64,000 nt of DNA, from the NCBI RefSeq assembly GCF_018350175.1, contig NC_058368.1:223574001-223638000 (forward strand), in the 5' to 3' direction. Position numbers and translations under genes: made by a program. Positions within the stretch are counted from its first letter, which is position 1, and every line of letters starts with the position of its first letter. The notes under the pieces are model-generated. The model had not been told where the DNA came from and did no database searches. It saw only the letters and a list, made by a program, of their open reading frames with translations. The stretch comes from Felis catus. Lineage: Eukaryota. Positions 12,851-26,250 of the stretch are shown piece by piece.

Positions 12851-13929
12851 AAAAATGAAGGACCAATTATACTCTTGGAAAGCAATTCTGAAAAGATATA
12901 TTTGAGGACTGCAAATCAGTATGTATATCTTACATACATGCATAGCCATGTGGATGTTTCAGCATATACATTTTATTAAATAAAATAAATTATTTATATA
13001 TAATAATTGCACCATAAGATTATTGATTGCCTCAGTAATCACACTATGTTATTAGAAGCTTTTAATTGAACACTTTCTATGTTAGATACATTCTCCCAGT
13101 TTCTGGGATGCAAAGATGATTGGTATATTGTCTCCAAATGCTAATATTGAGATGTAGGATGCCATTAACATATACATTATTCTTTTCGCTTTGTTTTGGT
13201 TAGAAAACTAAAATGAATCCTTCCAAAGCTGCCTTAAAATAATTAGACTCCATAGCTGCTGTTTGGGGGCATAATTTACATAATATTTATTCCTTATTTT
13301 AATAAAAATGTGTCATTCACATGGGCCTCTAGGTGTAAACAGTGAATAAAAGACAGAAAACATTAACAAACACAAAAGCAAGCTATACTTCCACCTTTCT
13401 CGGGGACCAAATGTTTGTACTAATTAAGGAAAGTACTTTGAAAAGATGTATCTTGCAATGAGCCCTGAAATGCAATTAACTCCCAGTTTGTAGAATTGAT
13501 AATGAAAGGGAGTGTGAGTCTTACAGGCATTGGTGAAAGCTTCCGGACTTCAGTCTTTGTGTTTCCATTTTCTAAACTATTAGTAACATTCTCCAGATTT
13601 CTAAGAACATACCATGTCTAGCTTTTGTCTCTTTTAACTCAAAACAAGAATGTGCAATTTGCAGCAATATAACCATCACTTAAAAAAAAAAAAATAGAAT
13701 CAGGACCAGGCTATTTACTAGCAATGTAGAAACCCTTGATTTAAACAGACTGTACTCATTTCCCAGTGTATTACAAATGGAATTTATGAATTTCTTGAAT
13801 AGCTACTGAGAGACGAACAATCCTATGTTGGACATGAGAAGTGAGAGAGCTTTCTAGAAATGTGAGCTTATATCATGTGACCTTTTAATGGCACATTAAA
13901 AATAGTGACTGTTCTTTGCTTGCTATCTG

Positions 13930-14105
13930 TGGGCCAGGGGCTTTAAGTAGCGTGCTAAGTGCTCTTGAAAGAAACCTAAAGTGTCTATGTTATTCATCCC
14001 ATTCTACAGACGAAGAATTGAGGGCTCAGAAAGTTGAGTCATTTGGTCAAGTTCATAAAGTGGCCGACTCCAAATTTAGATCCAGTTTTACTTTACACCC
14101 AAAAT
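13930..14105 (-). mobile_element. MIR fragment
   Basis: atcccattctacagacgaagaattgagggctcagaaagttgagtcatttggtcaag resembles the antisense MIR core. Confidence 0.65.
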
Positions 14106-14130
14106 CCTGTTTTTTTAAAAGCAGTAGTAT

Positions 14131-14356
14131 GGGGCGCCTGGGTGGCGCAGTCGGTTAAACGTCCGACTTCAGCCAGGTCACGATCTCGCGGTCCGTGAGT
14201 TCGAGCCCCGCGTCGGGCTCTGTGCTGATGGCTCGGAGCCTGGAGCCTGTTTCCGATTCTGTGTCTCCCTCTCTCTCTGCCCCTCCCCCGTTCATGCTCT
14301 CTCTCTCTCTCTGTCCCAAAAATAAATAAACGTTGAAAAAAAAAATTAAAAAAAAT
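14131..14356 (+). mobile_element. Young felid SINEC_Fc element
   Basis: Near-consensus GGGGCGCCTGGGTGGCGCAGTCGG...CCAGGTCACGATCTCGCGGTCCGTGAGTTCGAGCCCCGCGTCGGG with CpGs retained; TSD taaaagcag(ta/cg)gtatg. Confidence 0.97.
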
Positions 14357-17300
14357 AAAAGCAGCGGTATGTGGCCTCCCATATATCTCAACTTACCACT
14401 AATAACAGCAACAACAAAAACTGCATTTACAGAAGTCACATATCATAAAGTAGGAAGCAGATGATTACATGTTTAGAAAGCCCATTGATTGAATTCCAGT
14501 ACTTGCCATCTTGTATTTGTGTGGATGCATTTCACATGCTAGGAAAAGAAATACTGAAGACAGTCGAGTCTCATTTTAACTCTTGGCATCTCAGAAGCAA
14601 AACTGTTCTTAATTTTAGAGTTTCCTCGTATTGTAAAGTCTAAGACATACGCTACTTGATCTAGTGCAACAGTAAGAAGATTACAGAAGTCCTCAATATT
14701 TCTCATAGAATGAAGAGCTTTTGTATAAATTTATATGAATGAGTACAGTCCCCCCAACTTTCCTTCTTTTCCACTGTGATTCATATCTGATTTTATCTGT
14801 ATATTACCTTATTGTTAAAATTGTTAATGTTTTCTGTGTATAATAACCGTAAAGCAACCAGAAGGAAATATTAATTGTGCATAATTGTGTCAAATGCTCA
14901 GCATGACACTTTTTAGGAACAATAGCCTATTTATATGCTCATATAAGAAACAAAAGAAAATTTTGATCAGACTTGGAAATATTGCCAAATTTTTAAAAAT
15001 TTGCTAAAATAGCTGAAGTGTTTGATCAGTCACTTTTGAGTTTAGTTCTAGCCTTAGTGAACAAATGCTTCCTGTATATTTACTGCATCCTTATAATGGT
15101 GCCTTTGTTTTTCCTATGCATTTCTAAATTTTCACATGGTTTGTGATGAGATAGGAGTTAGGAATACTTCATTAATTTGGAATGCCATAACAGCAAAAAG
15201 TAAGAGATATTTCAAAATAATGACAAAGTCATGTCGCAAAGTTGAAAAGTAGAGTAAAAAAAATATTGAAGGAGGCTTGCATGTAGGATTCATATTCATG
15301 GAAGGAAGATGAAAGATAAGCAGAAAATGTGTTTCAAATGTATTCATGTGAAAAATATCATCTGATATACAATGGGTTTTTTATTATACAGGCAAAATTT
15401 ATTTATAAAACTTTAGCTTATTGTAAGTCAAGAATACCTTACCTGGATCATTAATAGCAAGCCCTCATCCACCCTCATCAAAACTATTATAGTCTTCTAA
15501 TACAAAGACAACTCATTAGGGACATTTCATGCAAACAGGGCAGAGATAGAGAAAGCAAGCTCCCACTTAAAATCAGAAGTCTTTGTCTACGACTTGTGTT
15601 TTATAATTGTATCACGTTATATATAGTTAGCACATTTACACTAATAACTTGACCATTAAATGTCATGTGAATATGACATTTGAGAATGTAACGGGACCTA
15701 AAGATGACGGACGGGACCCTGTTCTTATATAGATACAGATATCTGTAGGCTAAGAAAGTTGAATGACTCACAGAGCTAACTAATCACAGAGACTGGATAA
15801 GAATGTGGTCACTTTGACCATGCTTCAATAAAGATACAGAAGACTCCTGCAGATTTTTCCAGTCGGGGGCCCAAATTTATCTAACAGCCTTGTTTGTGGT
15901 GGCAACCACTCCAAATCACAGTCATGACCCCAGAAGAAGAACTTATTTTCTGGATGGGCCTGTGTAACTCATTTAGCCCTGGAATGAAAACTTAAACCCT
16001 GGCTTAGGGACACTGTGCTAGTCTACTGACTGGAAACAAAACACCCAAATAGAAATTTTTCAAAGAAATAATAAGTGCTTATCATGGTTCCATAGCATTC
16101 TAAAACTCAGGATTATTGGAATTTCTGATATCTCAGTTACGTAGAGGCATGAATAAAAGAGGGAAGCATCATATTTGTGCAGAGATTTTAATTCTTTAGA
16201 TAGTTTTGTTTCATTGGATCAAAGTTTTGGTTAAGGAAGTTAAAAAGCTTTCTAAAGTATATGTGTGCTATATGTGCTCCCCATTTTATTGATCACAATA
16301 CACACTATGAAGTTGCAAATGGTACTTGTGTTTATTTTTTTTTTCAGAAAGATTATTTTCTGGATGTATAGATTGTGGAGTAAATTGTATCTCCAGAGTA
16401 AGCTACAGGAACCTTAAATCCTTTAATGAATCTAAGCTATCCTGCAGATGTGTGACTTTTGGTTAAATTAAAGATGAAGCCACATCACTATCATATCCCA
16501 CAGGGTGTATATTGATTAAACTTTATCCCATCTATTGATCATAGTCAGTAAAACTTACAAAAGCTGCTGTTGGGGAGGCAAAAATCTCAAATAAATTTGC
16601 TTTACCACTCACATTCTGTATCTAGAAGTATCTAAAATATGGCAACAGGAAGAGGTCTCCTAAACTTCAAGTCAACTGATGTTTCTATAAGTAAATCACT
16701 GTAAAAATAGATTCCCACTACATAAGTTTTAAATTAATTTCTTATAGTGAAATGGACAGACTATAATGAAAGTAATAGGTGCCTCTGAGGACGAAATTTT
16801 ATTATTGAAATGAAAAATAACTTTCCAGTGCACTTTAACATGACTAATAATTATCTTGAGTCTATGCCTACGTAATCAAAGGGAAATTGAGTGTCAGATG
16901 ACGAACTGGGTAATTTGTTTAAAGTTGCTTCTGTTAAGAAAAATACTTGAATAAAAGGAATCATTACTGAGATTCACTGTTTGCTGTGGCCGTAACTTGT
17001 CTGCAGATTTGTTGGTCCATAAATTCTAATTTGAATAATGAACTTTCATCATATTTCAGTGTAATGCATTTTCTCTTTATTTATTTCATGAATACATATT
17101 TACTAGAAATATTAAATGATGCATATATTGTATGACAGGAAATAAGGTAGTTGTAGGGATAAAAATTATAACCCAGAATTGTACATGATGATGGCAACTT
17201 TGCAAGAAAATCTCCTATGCCTAATGTACATTATGCCTATGCATATGCCTGTCTCCTATGCCTATGCCATTTATGTGCCAGGGGAAATTAGTTAGTGTTT

Positions 17301-19664
17301 GACTAGGGAACTGGTCCAGTTAGAGGGTTCTTAAGGACTACTGGCGAAATCTGAGCTGGCATAAGCTTAAATTGTATTTACTCTAGTCTATAGCCAGGAG
17401 ATTACTAGTTCCTCACAGACAACATCTTATTGATCATTGATCATAAAATTTCACAAGTAGCATTGAATATAGATGTTATCTTGGTGATAATTTCACTCAG
17501 GATGCAGTGAGAATTTAGTGGTGGTAGGGATACAATGGTGTGTCATAATCATCGTATTAGAGTAAAACTTGTATCTGTCTCAACATTTCCTCCCTCCTAC
17601 TACCCCTTTGACCACATATGTCTGTATATTTGTCCAAGGAATTAACTAGACATACTATGGAGTGTCACAATATTACAGCTTGAGATAATATCCAGAACTA
17701 TGAGTTCATTGAAATACTGTGGGAAGTATAAGTGGATCTGTCCTTTTATCAGTATTTAGATATCTCTCGATCACAGAGGAAAATAAATTAAGTTCTCATT
17801 CTTATAAAAAAAAAGTTGTTTGTTTCCTGAATGATTCTAACAAATTTCAAATGTGTATATATAAATGATATTAGGAATCCATAAAAAATTATCTCTATAT
17901 GAAAACATACTGCTCTAGATAAGTAAAATATGATGACTTATTATTTCTACCAAATGTATATAAAAGAAGTAATGACTCCTATGGAATGCCTTAATTAATT
18001 TCACTTTAGGTATTAACAGGGTCTTCTTAATATTGTTGAATAATCGGTTAGTTTGGTTAGTTTATTCATTCACTTATGAGGCAAAGTCATACACCTATGC
18101 TACTATGGGTGAAAGGAAAAAGAGCTTTACTCTCATATAGTTTCCAAATAAAATGACTCATGTGCACTGAGTAAGGAATTACGAATAATTTAATTTTCCG
18201 ATAGATCTTTTAGAAACAAACAGTAGTTATTGCTATTTATGCAGAGGAACTTCTTCATTCAATAATAATCCTTATTCAGATCCTGTTGTGCTTACATCAC
18301 TTTGCCAGAAAAAACAAAACAGAAAAGAACAAACAAAAAAAGCACTTCCTATTTGTGAACCTTCTCAAGGTTTCCAAGAGAAAAAAACCTTCCTAAAAGG
18401 CATTAAAACAAATGAAATTTCTCTATTGAGGCCTATCATTTGATACTCAAACATAAAATCGTTTCAAATATTATCCTGTATGATCCTCACAATAAAATTT
18501 TGACATAGGTCATATCTGCATTTTGCTTACAAAGAAAGCTCAGACAGGTGATACATTAAATTATAGAGCTAAAAAGTGGTTTAGCTTGATGAACATCATT
18601 CACTTGGTTTCCAGACTTGTGTTAATTTCCTTACTGTGTAACACCATTTTCACACATGCTAGATCTATTTTAGAAACAAATTTCCAAAGAGTTCATCTTT
18701 GCATTCTGAATAAATCAAGGCCAGGACCTACAGCTTGTACACAGAGTAGAAGAATATAGATGTTTTCAAGGGGTCTGAAGAGGTTATTGCCTCTAAAGTA
18801 TATGGAAATTGGGAAATTTGTTCTTGGGAAAAGCCCCTATAACATTCTTCTTTTTTATCTGTGCATCTTCAAGAGCCTATCTATTCATTTAGCCTTTAAA
18901 AATGCACTGTGAGTTGAAGTTTCCCCACCAACCACCTCTAGTCACCTCTGCTACAAAGAGAGCAGTTCCATTTTCTCACCAGCTAAGTTGAAGATATGAT
19001 TAAATCATATAAATATGCTATAAATACAAATATATTTTATTTTAAAGTAAGCTCTTATTACTCAAGTGTAACACTATGTGTAAGGGCAATAATATTGATT
19101 GGAGCACTAATCTATGGGTGAAGGAAAGAACTTCTTTCTTTATAGTATCTACAAGCGACAGTAGGAAGCTTCTCTTTCTCTTTTTCTCTTGCTAGGCCAG
19201 TAGCCAATACCAGAAGAATAGTGGTCTGAAAAGTGCCACCCAGTTTTGCAAACAGAACTAAGATATCTCACTGTGTCTCTCTCTCTCTTAGTTTTAAATT
19301 TTGTACCTTCTTGATGATCCATAATGTACCTCTCCCTAATGCTTACCCTTCAAGACTGATCAAAACCATGTCTAAAGTCTTGTATTGCTTAGAATTTTAC
19401 TATTCTGTCTGATTTTAAACTCTGAGCATCAATCATGTTAGTTTGCAAATAATTTCTTTTCCTTTTCTTGTCTGTTTGCTTAACTAAATCATGTCTAAGT
19501 AATTCCCAGTTCTTACTTCCTCTCTTTGAATATCCCTCATTCCTTTCTTGTACTCCTTCAAAGAAATATTTTTGAATGAATAAAGCCTTAAATATTGCCT
19601 ACTTCTTTTTAAAGGGAGCTTGCAAATATTACTTAATGCACTTATATTCTATTTTAATCTCTTG

Positions 19665-19840
19665 CCCTAACTAGCTCCTTGATGTTGGATAAAATTCTTC
19701 ATCACTCCATACCTCAGTTTCTTCCTCTGTAAAAAAAAAGGGCTATTAATAGTACCCATCTCATGCAAACTGTTTTCAGTTTGCAGTGAACTAACACTTA
19801 AAGCACAATATGGTACACCATGAAAGCTCCATGAATGTGA
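19665..19840 (+). mobile_element. MIR fragment
   Basis: acctcagtttcttcctctgtaaaa...taatagtacccatctcat resembles the MIR core. Confidence 0.65.
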
Positions 19841-20712
19841 CCTTTCTTTACCTCGTTTTAGATAGCTTTTGTAAATAACTCGTATATGTGTGTTTCCTTC
19901 AAGTCTTAAATATATCATCTTGGTATAGTCTTAGATGAAGAAAGAAAGTAGAATTTGAAGAAAAATATATTTAAACATCTTGCCAAGTTACATATACTCT
20001 TGTCTCAGTTTACACTGGTTACTTTATTATATCAATGGACTAGAATATTAAAAAAAAATACTTCTCAGAACCTTAATTTCTCAAGTTTTATCATTAATCC
20101 CAATTTAGAATGTACATCATCTACACAAATGGCTACTTGATTTTCTGTTTGCTGGATATCCCTGAAAATGCCAAATTAACATTAGCATTGAAAAACACCT
20201 AAATATTTATATATGACGTCATAAAGTATTAAGATGCTGTGTTGACTTTTTAGAGGTTTGTAAAAGGAAACAAGTGGATGTTATTATGAAAATATTTTTA
20301 AAAGTTACCTACTGAGAATATTTTCATCTATTTTTATTTGGTAAACAGTTTCGTGGACCCATGTGACTTCTTAATTTTATATAATTAGCACTGAATGATT
20401 CTACATTTAATCCCCCAAATAGTTGTAAATCGTTTATTTTTTTCTCACATTTTCCTTTTTTTTCCTGAGCTTGTATTTGTGTGGCCAGGAAGAAATCCAA
20501 GGCTAGAATAAAGCAGAACTATTTAGTTCTACTTGAGTTGAAATTCAATTGCAACTCCACATACAAGACTCTACATCCAAGCATCCCCTAATATCTAGCC
20601 CTTATACTGTAGATTTCCCAAGAGAGTCAGGACACATAGAAAGCTACGAAGTAAATAACATGAGACTGAAGACACATACCTAGCATTGTACCTACCATTT
20701 GGAATAAAAGTT

Positions 20713-20865
20713 AAATATATATATACATATAAATATACATATACTTATATATAAATATATGTATATATGTATATTTATTTATATATATTTATATATAAAT
20801 GTATGTATATTTATATGTGTGTGTATATATATATATATATATTTAAATATATTTATGTATATATT
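20713..20865. repeat. (TA)n-rich low-complexity tract
   Basis: Read directly. Confidence 0.9.
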
Positions 20866-21065
20866 TAATTCAGCTAAAGGGCATATTTATTCTGAAAGTA
20901 TTTAATCACTAATGCTAGCATTTACATTACAAAGCTCTGTGTGAGGTACCTAAAAGAGAACAGATTAGCCTGATCCTGAGACAATGCATTTTATAGTCTT
21001 AATTTAGCTTAGAAACAGAAATCCAATTTTTTTTCCCCAGACTGACGGCTCAGTTCTGATCAGAT

Positions 21066-21313
21066 TTCTTTTTTTTGTTTGTTTTTTTTGTTTTTGTAAT
21101 TGTTTTTTAATGTTTAATTACTATTGAAAGTCAGAGAGAGTCAGAACGTGGACAGGGGAGGGGTAGAGGGAGAGGGAGACACAGAATCTAAAGCAGGCTC
21201 CAGGCTCCGAGCTGTCAGCATAGAGCCTGACGTGGGGCTCAAACCCACGAACGGTGAGATCATGACCTGAGCCCAAGTCGGATGCTTAACCGACTGAGCC
21301 ACTCAGGTGCCCC
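21066..21313 (-). mobile_element. Can-SINE
   Basis: Antisense body; TSD tgatcagatttct on both sides. Confidence 0.93.
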
Positions 21314-22229
21314 TGAAGTGATCAGATTTCTAAGATGGGGCATGTTCTCCCATATTTCATAGGGATGTGTTGATAACAATGTAATCTGAGCTTTGCAGAA
21401 AACTTTGCAATTGAATATGTTTTAATTTTAGGTCTGACTTTCCAATACAGAAATCACTGTTTTTAGGGTATCTAAACATGGAAAGTATCTTCAAGACAGG
21501 TTAATGACAACTAACTTTAGATGATGTAATAACCCAGATTTCCAACCGATTACATTTAAAAAAAACTTATTCCTTTCCCGTGACAAGACTTCTCACTTCT
21601 AAGCAATCCAGCCCTCATCCTCAGCATCAGGCCTCTGGACAAAGAATATTATGAGAATTTTTTGTGATGTGAATGCAAGTCAAAATCAGTTTCAGTGTAC
21701 CATGACCTAATGTTTTGGGAAAGCCCAATGACATCGCCCTTCCCCACTGTTCTGTAGCATCTGGATTTCGTACATTTTCTCTGAAATCAGTTTTGCTTTT
21801 CACCTGTTCTTCATGTTTAAATGCCTTCATTATGTTGAACTTTCTTCAATTAGCATGTAGTTATTATTAGAACAGTCAATGCAAAATGGTCTATTTCTTG
21901 CTTTGATAACACAGTTTACAAGGGTTATATTCTGGCTCTTTTAGTGTTCTTAGGATGGTCTACAGTTTTGATTTGCATGATCTATTAATCTTCTATAATG
22001 TGTGCGCAGGATTATCCACAGGTTGTTACAAGGTTTCACACCTTTGCCTCAAATTCTACGTATTCTGTTACATTACATTACATACATTACACCTATTAAA
22101 GTCATGGAGTTGTATTTCAACATTTATACTCTGGTCCAGAAACTATGGTGAATTTTGAAATATTTCCACCATCACAATCATGTATCCTATGTATTTACCA
22201 GACTTCTGAGATTTCCCTCATGCTAAAAT

Positions 22230-23651
22230 GGAAGAAGTGTCTCTGTTACTTTCGATGGAAATCCCTGTATTTGTTCTCTGGAACCCAATCCTGCTCACCT
22301 TCTCATAAATTTTACCATTTTAGGTATTTCACTCTTTAAAAGGATCATTACCTTCAGCAAAGACAGTGCTTAATATCCCCAATAAAAGAAAAAAAAATAT
22401 TGAACCACTTCTCTGATGATATATGGCAGCACTTTCTCTGATCTCTATTCTTGGGTGACGGTATCCAGTAAAGTATCATGACTGTGGGGCTTCATATGTT
22501 CACATTCAATATCCTCTTGGGTCCACTGTTTAAAAAAAAAACATACTTTATATTTTATTGAAGATATTCTTTTCAAGTTAACTAATGATGCCCATCTTTC
22601 AAAATCCAATCAACCCTTACTAACCTCACTCGGCCTCTTAATAGAATTCACTCTAATTGTTCACTTAAAATACCTTCCTTTCTTGGCTTCTGTGCCACCC
22701 CATTCCCACTTAGTCTCTTCCCCTAGACTGTTCCTCTCCTTTTGCTAACACCTGCTCATGTACAGATGCTGGGCTGCCTTAAGCCCAAAAGTTTGGGTGC
22801 TGTAGTGCTCAATACTTCACTTAACTTTTCTCCTACAGTTCTCTCCCAGATGAAATTATACTGTTCCCAGGATTAAATTAGGCTTCAATTTAGGCTTATA
22901 TATCTCAAATGGATATTTCCTATTCAGAAAACACACTTGAACTCCACACTCATATCCAACTCTCTGTTTTTATTCCACATGTTTATCTACTTGACTTCTA
23001 AGGCATAGCATGTCAAAATCATTGATTTCTCCCAAATTCTTTTTCTCCCAAAGGGAGTTATTTGCCCCCCTACCTCTATCCAGCTCCATAAATAGGCTTA
23101 TCAATTACATGCTAGATCAAACACACGCACACCATCACCACCACTGCTACCACATGAAAAACAAGTCATTTGTAAGTCATTGCCCTTCCAATAAAAATTC
23201 TATAGTCTGTGCCCAATACATAACATTATTTTATACAGTTCTTTCCATTTTCTTCCCTTTTTCACCTTTGTCCAAGACAACATTATTTCTTTTCTGAATT
23301 GTTAACTTTCTGCAATCTAAGAGTCGAAGTAGCCACTGTGATTTTTCCAGTACATAAATAGGTACATGATATCCTTTGTTTAACAATTCCCCTTTTGGGT
23401 GCCTGGGTGGCTCAGTAGTTGAGAGTCTGACTCTTGGTTTTGGCTCAGGTCATGATCTCAGGGTTTGTGAGATCACGCCCTGCATTGGGCTCCTGCTGAC
23501 TGCTTCCTGCTTGGGATTCTCTCTCCCTTTCTCTCTGCCCCTCCTCTGCTCACTGCGCATGTGTGTGTGCACTCTCTCTCTCAAAATTAATAAGTAAACG
23601 TAAAAAATATATATCTATATATCTACCTTTCTATGTATATCTACCAATCTA

Positions 23652-23691
<40 letters not shown>

Positions 23692-23950
23692 CATCCCTCA
23701 CTGCCTTTTTAAAAAGATAAGAACTATCTACCATATGGTACATGGATTGCTTATCCTACCCCCAGCCACATACCTCTCATCCTTTCTGCCTAGCCAGTGA
23801 GACATACATTGTTTTTTAACCAAATCAAGTTCTTTCTTTAATTTGGATACTTGCATTTTGCTTTCTTGTATTGAAAATATTCTTCCCCTGGTACTTTGTA
23901 CCTAATCAGTTCATTTTTATTCCGCAGGTCTGGATGAAATGTTACTGAAG
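22230..23950 (+). mobile_element. Degraded L2 fragments (interrupted by a SINE and (TATC)n)
   Basis: caaaatccaat...ccttcctttcttggcttctgtgccacc...ttgaactccacactcatatccaac...catgtcaaaa resembles the L2 ORF2/3' region. Confidence 0.5.
23397..23607 (+). mobile_element. Can-SINE followed by (TATC)n at 23610-23692
   Basis: gggtgcctgggtggctcagt head, ggctcaggtcatgatctca. Confidence 0.9.
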
Positions 23951-24449
23951 CTGAAGTTAAGGAAGAAGGGGGAAGTATTAGAAATTTAAGGAGAGGAGAA
24001 AACACTCTTCTTTAATAGTTCTAGAAATAGTTTAGAACATATGATTGTTGTCTATATTTTTAATTCATATTCATGTTAATAAACTGTTGCTGGATAATGT
24101 AAAACTCCAAAACCCAGGGGCAGATATTTATAGCCCTCTCGTGTGTGTGTGTGTCTGAGCTAGCTGAAGATCAAGGTAACTAGCCTGGCTTGTGTTTGCC
24201 AGCTCTTTTAACCCCAATGCATTCAATCCTGCATCCGCTCATTTACTAGGTAGCTCTGCTTTAGCAGGTGGTATACCCTGAAGGGGGACAACCTTGTCTT
24301 TGAGTCTCTCATCTTCTTTCTGGGATCAGTGGATCAGCCAGCCCCACCATGTTCCTTTTGTGTCGGTGGCAGAGGATAAGGAGGAATATGCCACGTCTCC
24401 GGAAATCTTGCCCCAAATACGAAACAGGACACCGCCACTTTCAACTCAT

Positions 24450-24587
24450 TCTTTTTCTTTTCTTTCTTTCTTTTTGATTTTTTTTTTGAAATTTTTGCTT
24501 AAATTCCAGTTAGTCAACATCCAGTGTAATATAAGTTTCAGTTGTGCAATTTAGTGATTCAACACTTACAACATTCAGTGCTCATCA
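24450..24587 (-). mobile_element. 5'-truncated carnivore L1 3' end (L1_Carn-like)
   Basis: Poly-T, then ttaaattccagttagtcaacatccagtgtaatataagtttcagttgtgcaatttagtgattcaacactt. Confidence 0.75.
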
Positions 24588-24909
24588 ATTTGCTAAAGGA
24601 AGCTGGAGACCAAATCTAGTGTGAAAGAGCTCTACAACCTTTTATGCATTGGAGAAGGAAGATGATTTGTGGCCAATAATGTGACCTACCTCCCATTCAG
24701 TTGCTTTCTCATTTTTTTTTCACTAAACAAGGTAGCTAGGTGATGGAGATACTATGGTAGTTAACTGAAATGTTTTCATTTTTATTATGTATTTCTCTTC
24801 AATCTCAACTATAATGAAACTCTGGTATAAACTAATCTCTGACATCTCCTGTTATCCTAAAAATTTTGTACATATAGAAATGAAAGTTTAACTAAGGGTT
24901 TAGTTTTTA

Positions 24910-25079
24910 GGGTCAGCCTGGGTGGCTCTGTAGGTTAAGCATCTGACTCCCAAATGCTGCTCAGGTCATGGTCTCATGGTTCATGGGATGCAGCCCCACA
25001 TCAGGCTCTGCATTGACAGTGTGGAGACTGGTTGGGACTCATTCTCTCTCTCTCTCTTTCCCCCTCTGCTCCTGCATGT

Positions 25080-25123
<44 letters not shown>

Positions 25124-25132
25124 AAAAAAAAA
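24910..25132 (+). mobile_element. Can-SINE
   Basis: cctgggtggctctgtaggttaagc...ctcaggtcatg...long (CT)n. Confidence 0.88.
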
Positions 25133-25512
25133 GAACATAGTTTAGTGTTGTTGTTTTTTTTTTCTTCCAAGGTACTATAGACTTCCTAGAGGCAGTTTTT
25201 CATCTCTCCCTTATTAACCCCTCTGTTTTTAGTAACTACCATTGTATTCATGAAATTCAGAAGGGTGTTTCTCTCAATTTGAATTAGTAATTAGACTAAA
25301 CATTAATTAAGGGCTGACAGAAAAAAATAATTGATGTCAACTCTATGCAAATATAAAGTTGCCAGGCAAATCTCAAGAGGCAAATATAGAAACGAAAAAT
25401 GTGCATTTACTATTTGAATATATCTGGTTTAATACTGCCCTTGTTTTAGTTTTCTTTGTTGTCTTCATTATATCATTGTGTAAAAGGAAGGATTATGTCT
25501 TTCCTTCCCTAG

Positions 25513-25649
25513 ATACTTCATTGACCACAGTGGCGAAGATGATAGAGTTTTCAACATCGATGCCAATTCTGGAACCATCAGAACCACAAAGGTTCTTGAT
25601 AGAGAAGAAACTCCGTGGTACAACATCACAGTTGCTGCTTCAGAAACTG
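25513..25649 (+). CDS. CDH18: Cadherin-18 internal coding exon (137 nt, phase 2 to 1): EC4
   Basis: Acceptor ttccttccctag|A and donor G|gtaagc. Continues the frame of the previous exon (AG+A = Arg): YFIDHSGEDDRVFNIDANSGTIRTTKVLDREETPWYNITVAASET, with the LDRE motif. The ORF track shows this region only in a different frame. Confidence 0.95.
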
Positions 25650-25964
25650 GTAAGCTACTTTATGTGTCCTAAAAAAGATGTCACTTGTACATGACGATTT
25701 CTACCGAGATTTTCTCGGGTGCAGGGCTCTCACCATTTCTCTTTGTGGTGCCAGCATCTAGCAGAGCGTATAGAACGTATTAGAGGCAGTTGCTCGTTGT
25801 CAGATGTGGTGAATAAATCTCATATATTTTTTTTTTACTTTAATCCTAGCGTACTGGTGGAAGATTGACATCACAGGACACTCCTTCCCCATCCCTGAGT
25901 CAGAGTATTTGGTTGGCCTCCTAGTCATGAGGCTTGTTCTGTGGGTTGCACGGCTGCCTAACAC

Positions 25965-26250
25965 CAAAGATGCCACTATAAACATTCATTTGAAAGTTTT
26001 TTGTAGACACATTTTTATTGCTTTGAGGTATATACCCGGAAGTGAGATATCTCAGTCATATGGAAACTCTGTATTTAACTATTTGAAGGACTGCCAGCCT
26101 GTTTTCTAAAGCAGCTATATTTTACATTCCCAAAAGCACTAGGAGGGTCCAATTTCTCTATATTATTACCCATATTTATTGTTATGTATCTTTTGATTAT
26201 AATCATTCTAGTGGGTGTGGGGTGATAGCTCCTTATGGTTTATGCACTTT
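25965..26250 (-). mobile_element. L1M ORF2 3' fragment
   Basis: ctataaacattcat...ggtatatacccggaagtgaga...gtcatatggaaactctgtatttaactatttgaaggactgccag is a typical antisense L1 segment. Confidence 0.8.

Noticed and set aside
12323..12870. Repeat-spacer-like recurrence suggestive of a CRISPR array
   Set aside because: Mammalian DNA; the repeats are degenerate TSDs and the spacers are SINEs.
14131..14215. tRNA-like A and B boxes
   Set aside because: SINE head, not a tRNA gene; the same holds for all other copies.
17212..17280. Degenerate (TATGCC)n cluster
   Set aside because: Short decayed simple repeat with no further structure.
24085..24700. Possible old MaLR LTR surrounding the L1 3' fragment
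   Set aside because: Resemblance too weak to call by eye; needs RepeatMasker.
25359..25694. 111-aa ORF with a hydrophobic stretch overlapping the 137-nt exon in another frame
   Set aside because: Non-ATG start, T-rich intron explains the hydrophobic stretch, and there is no sign of independent expression; the cadherin frame explains the exon.
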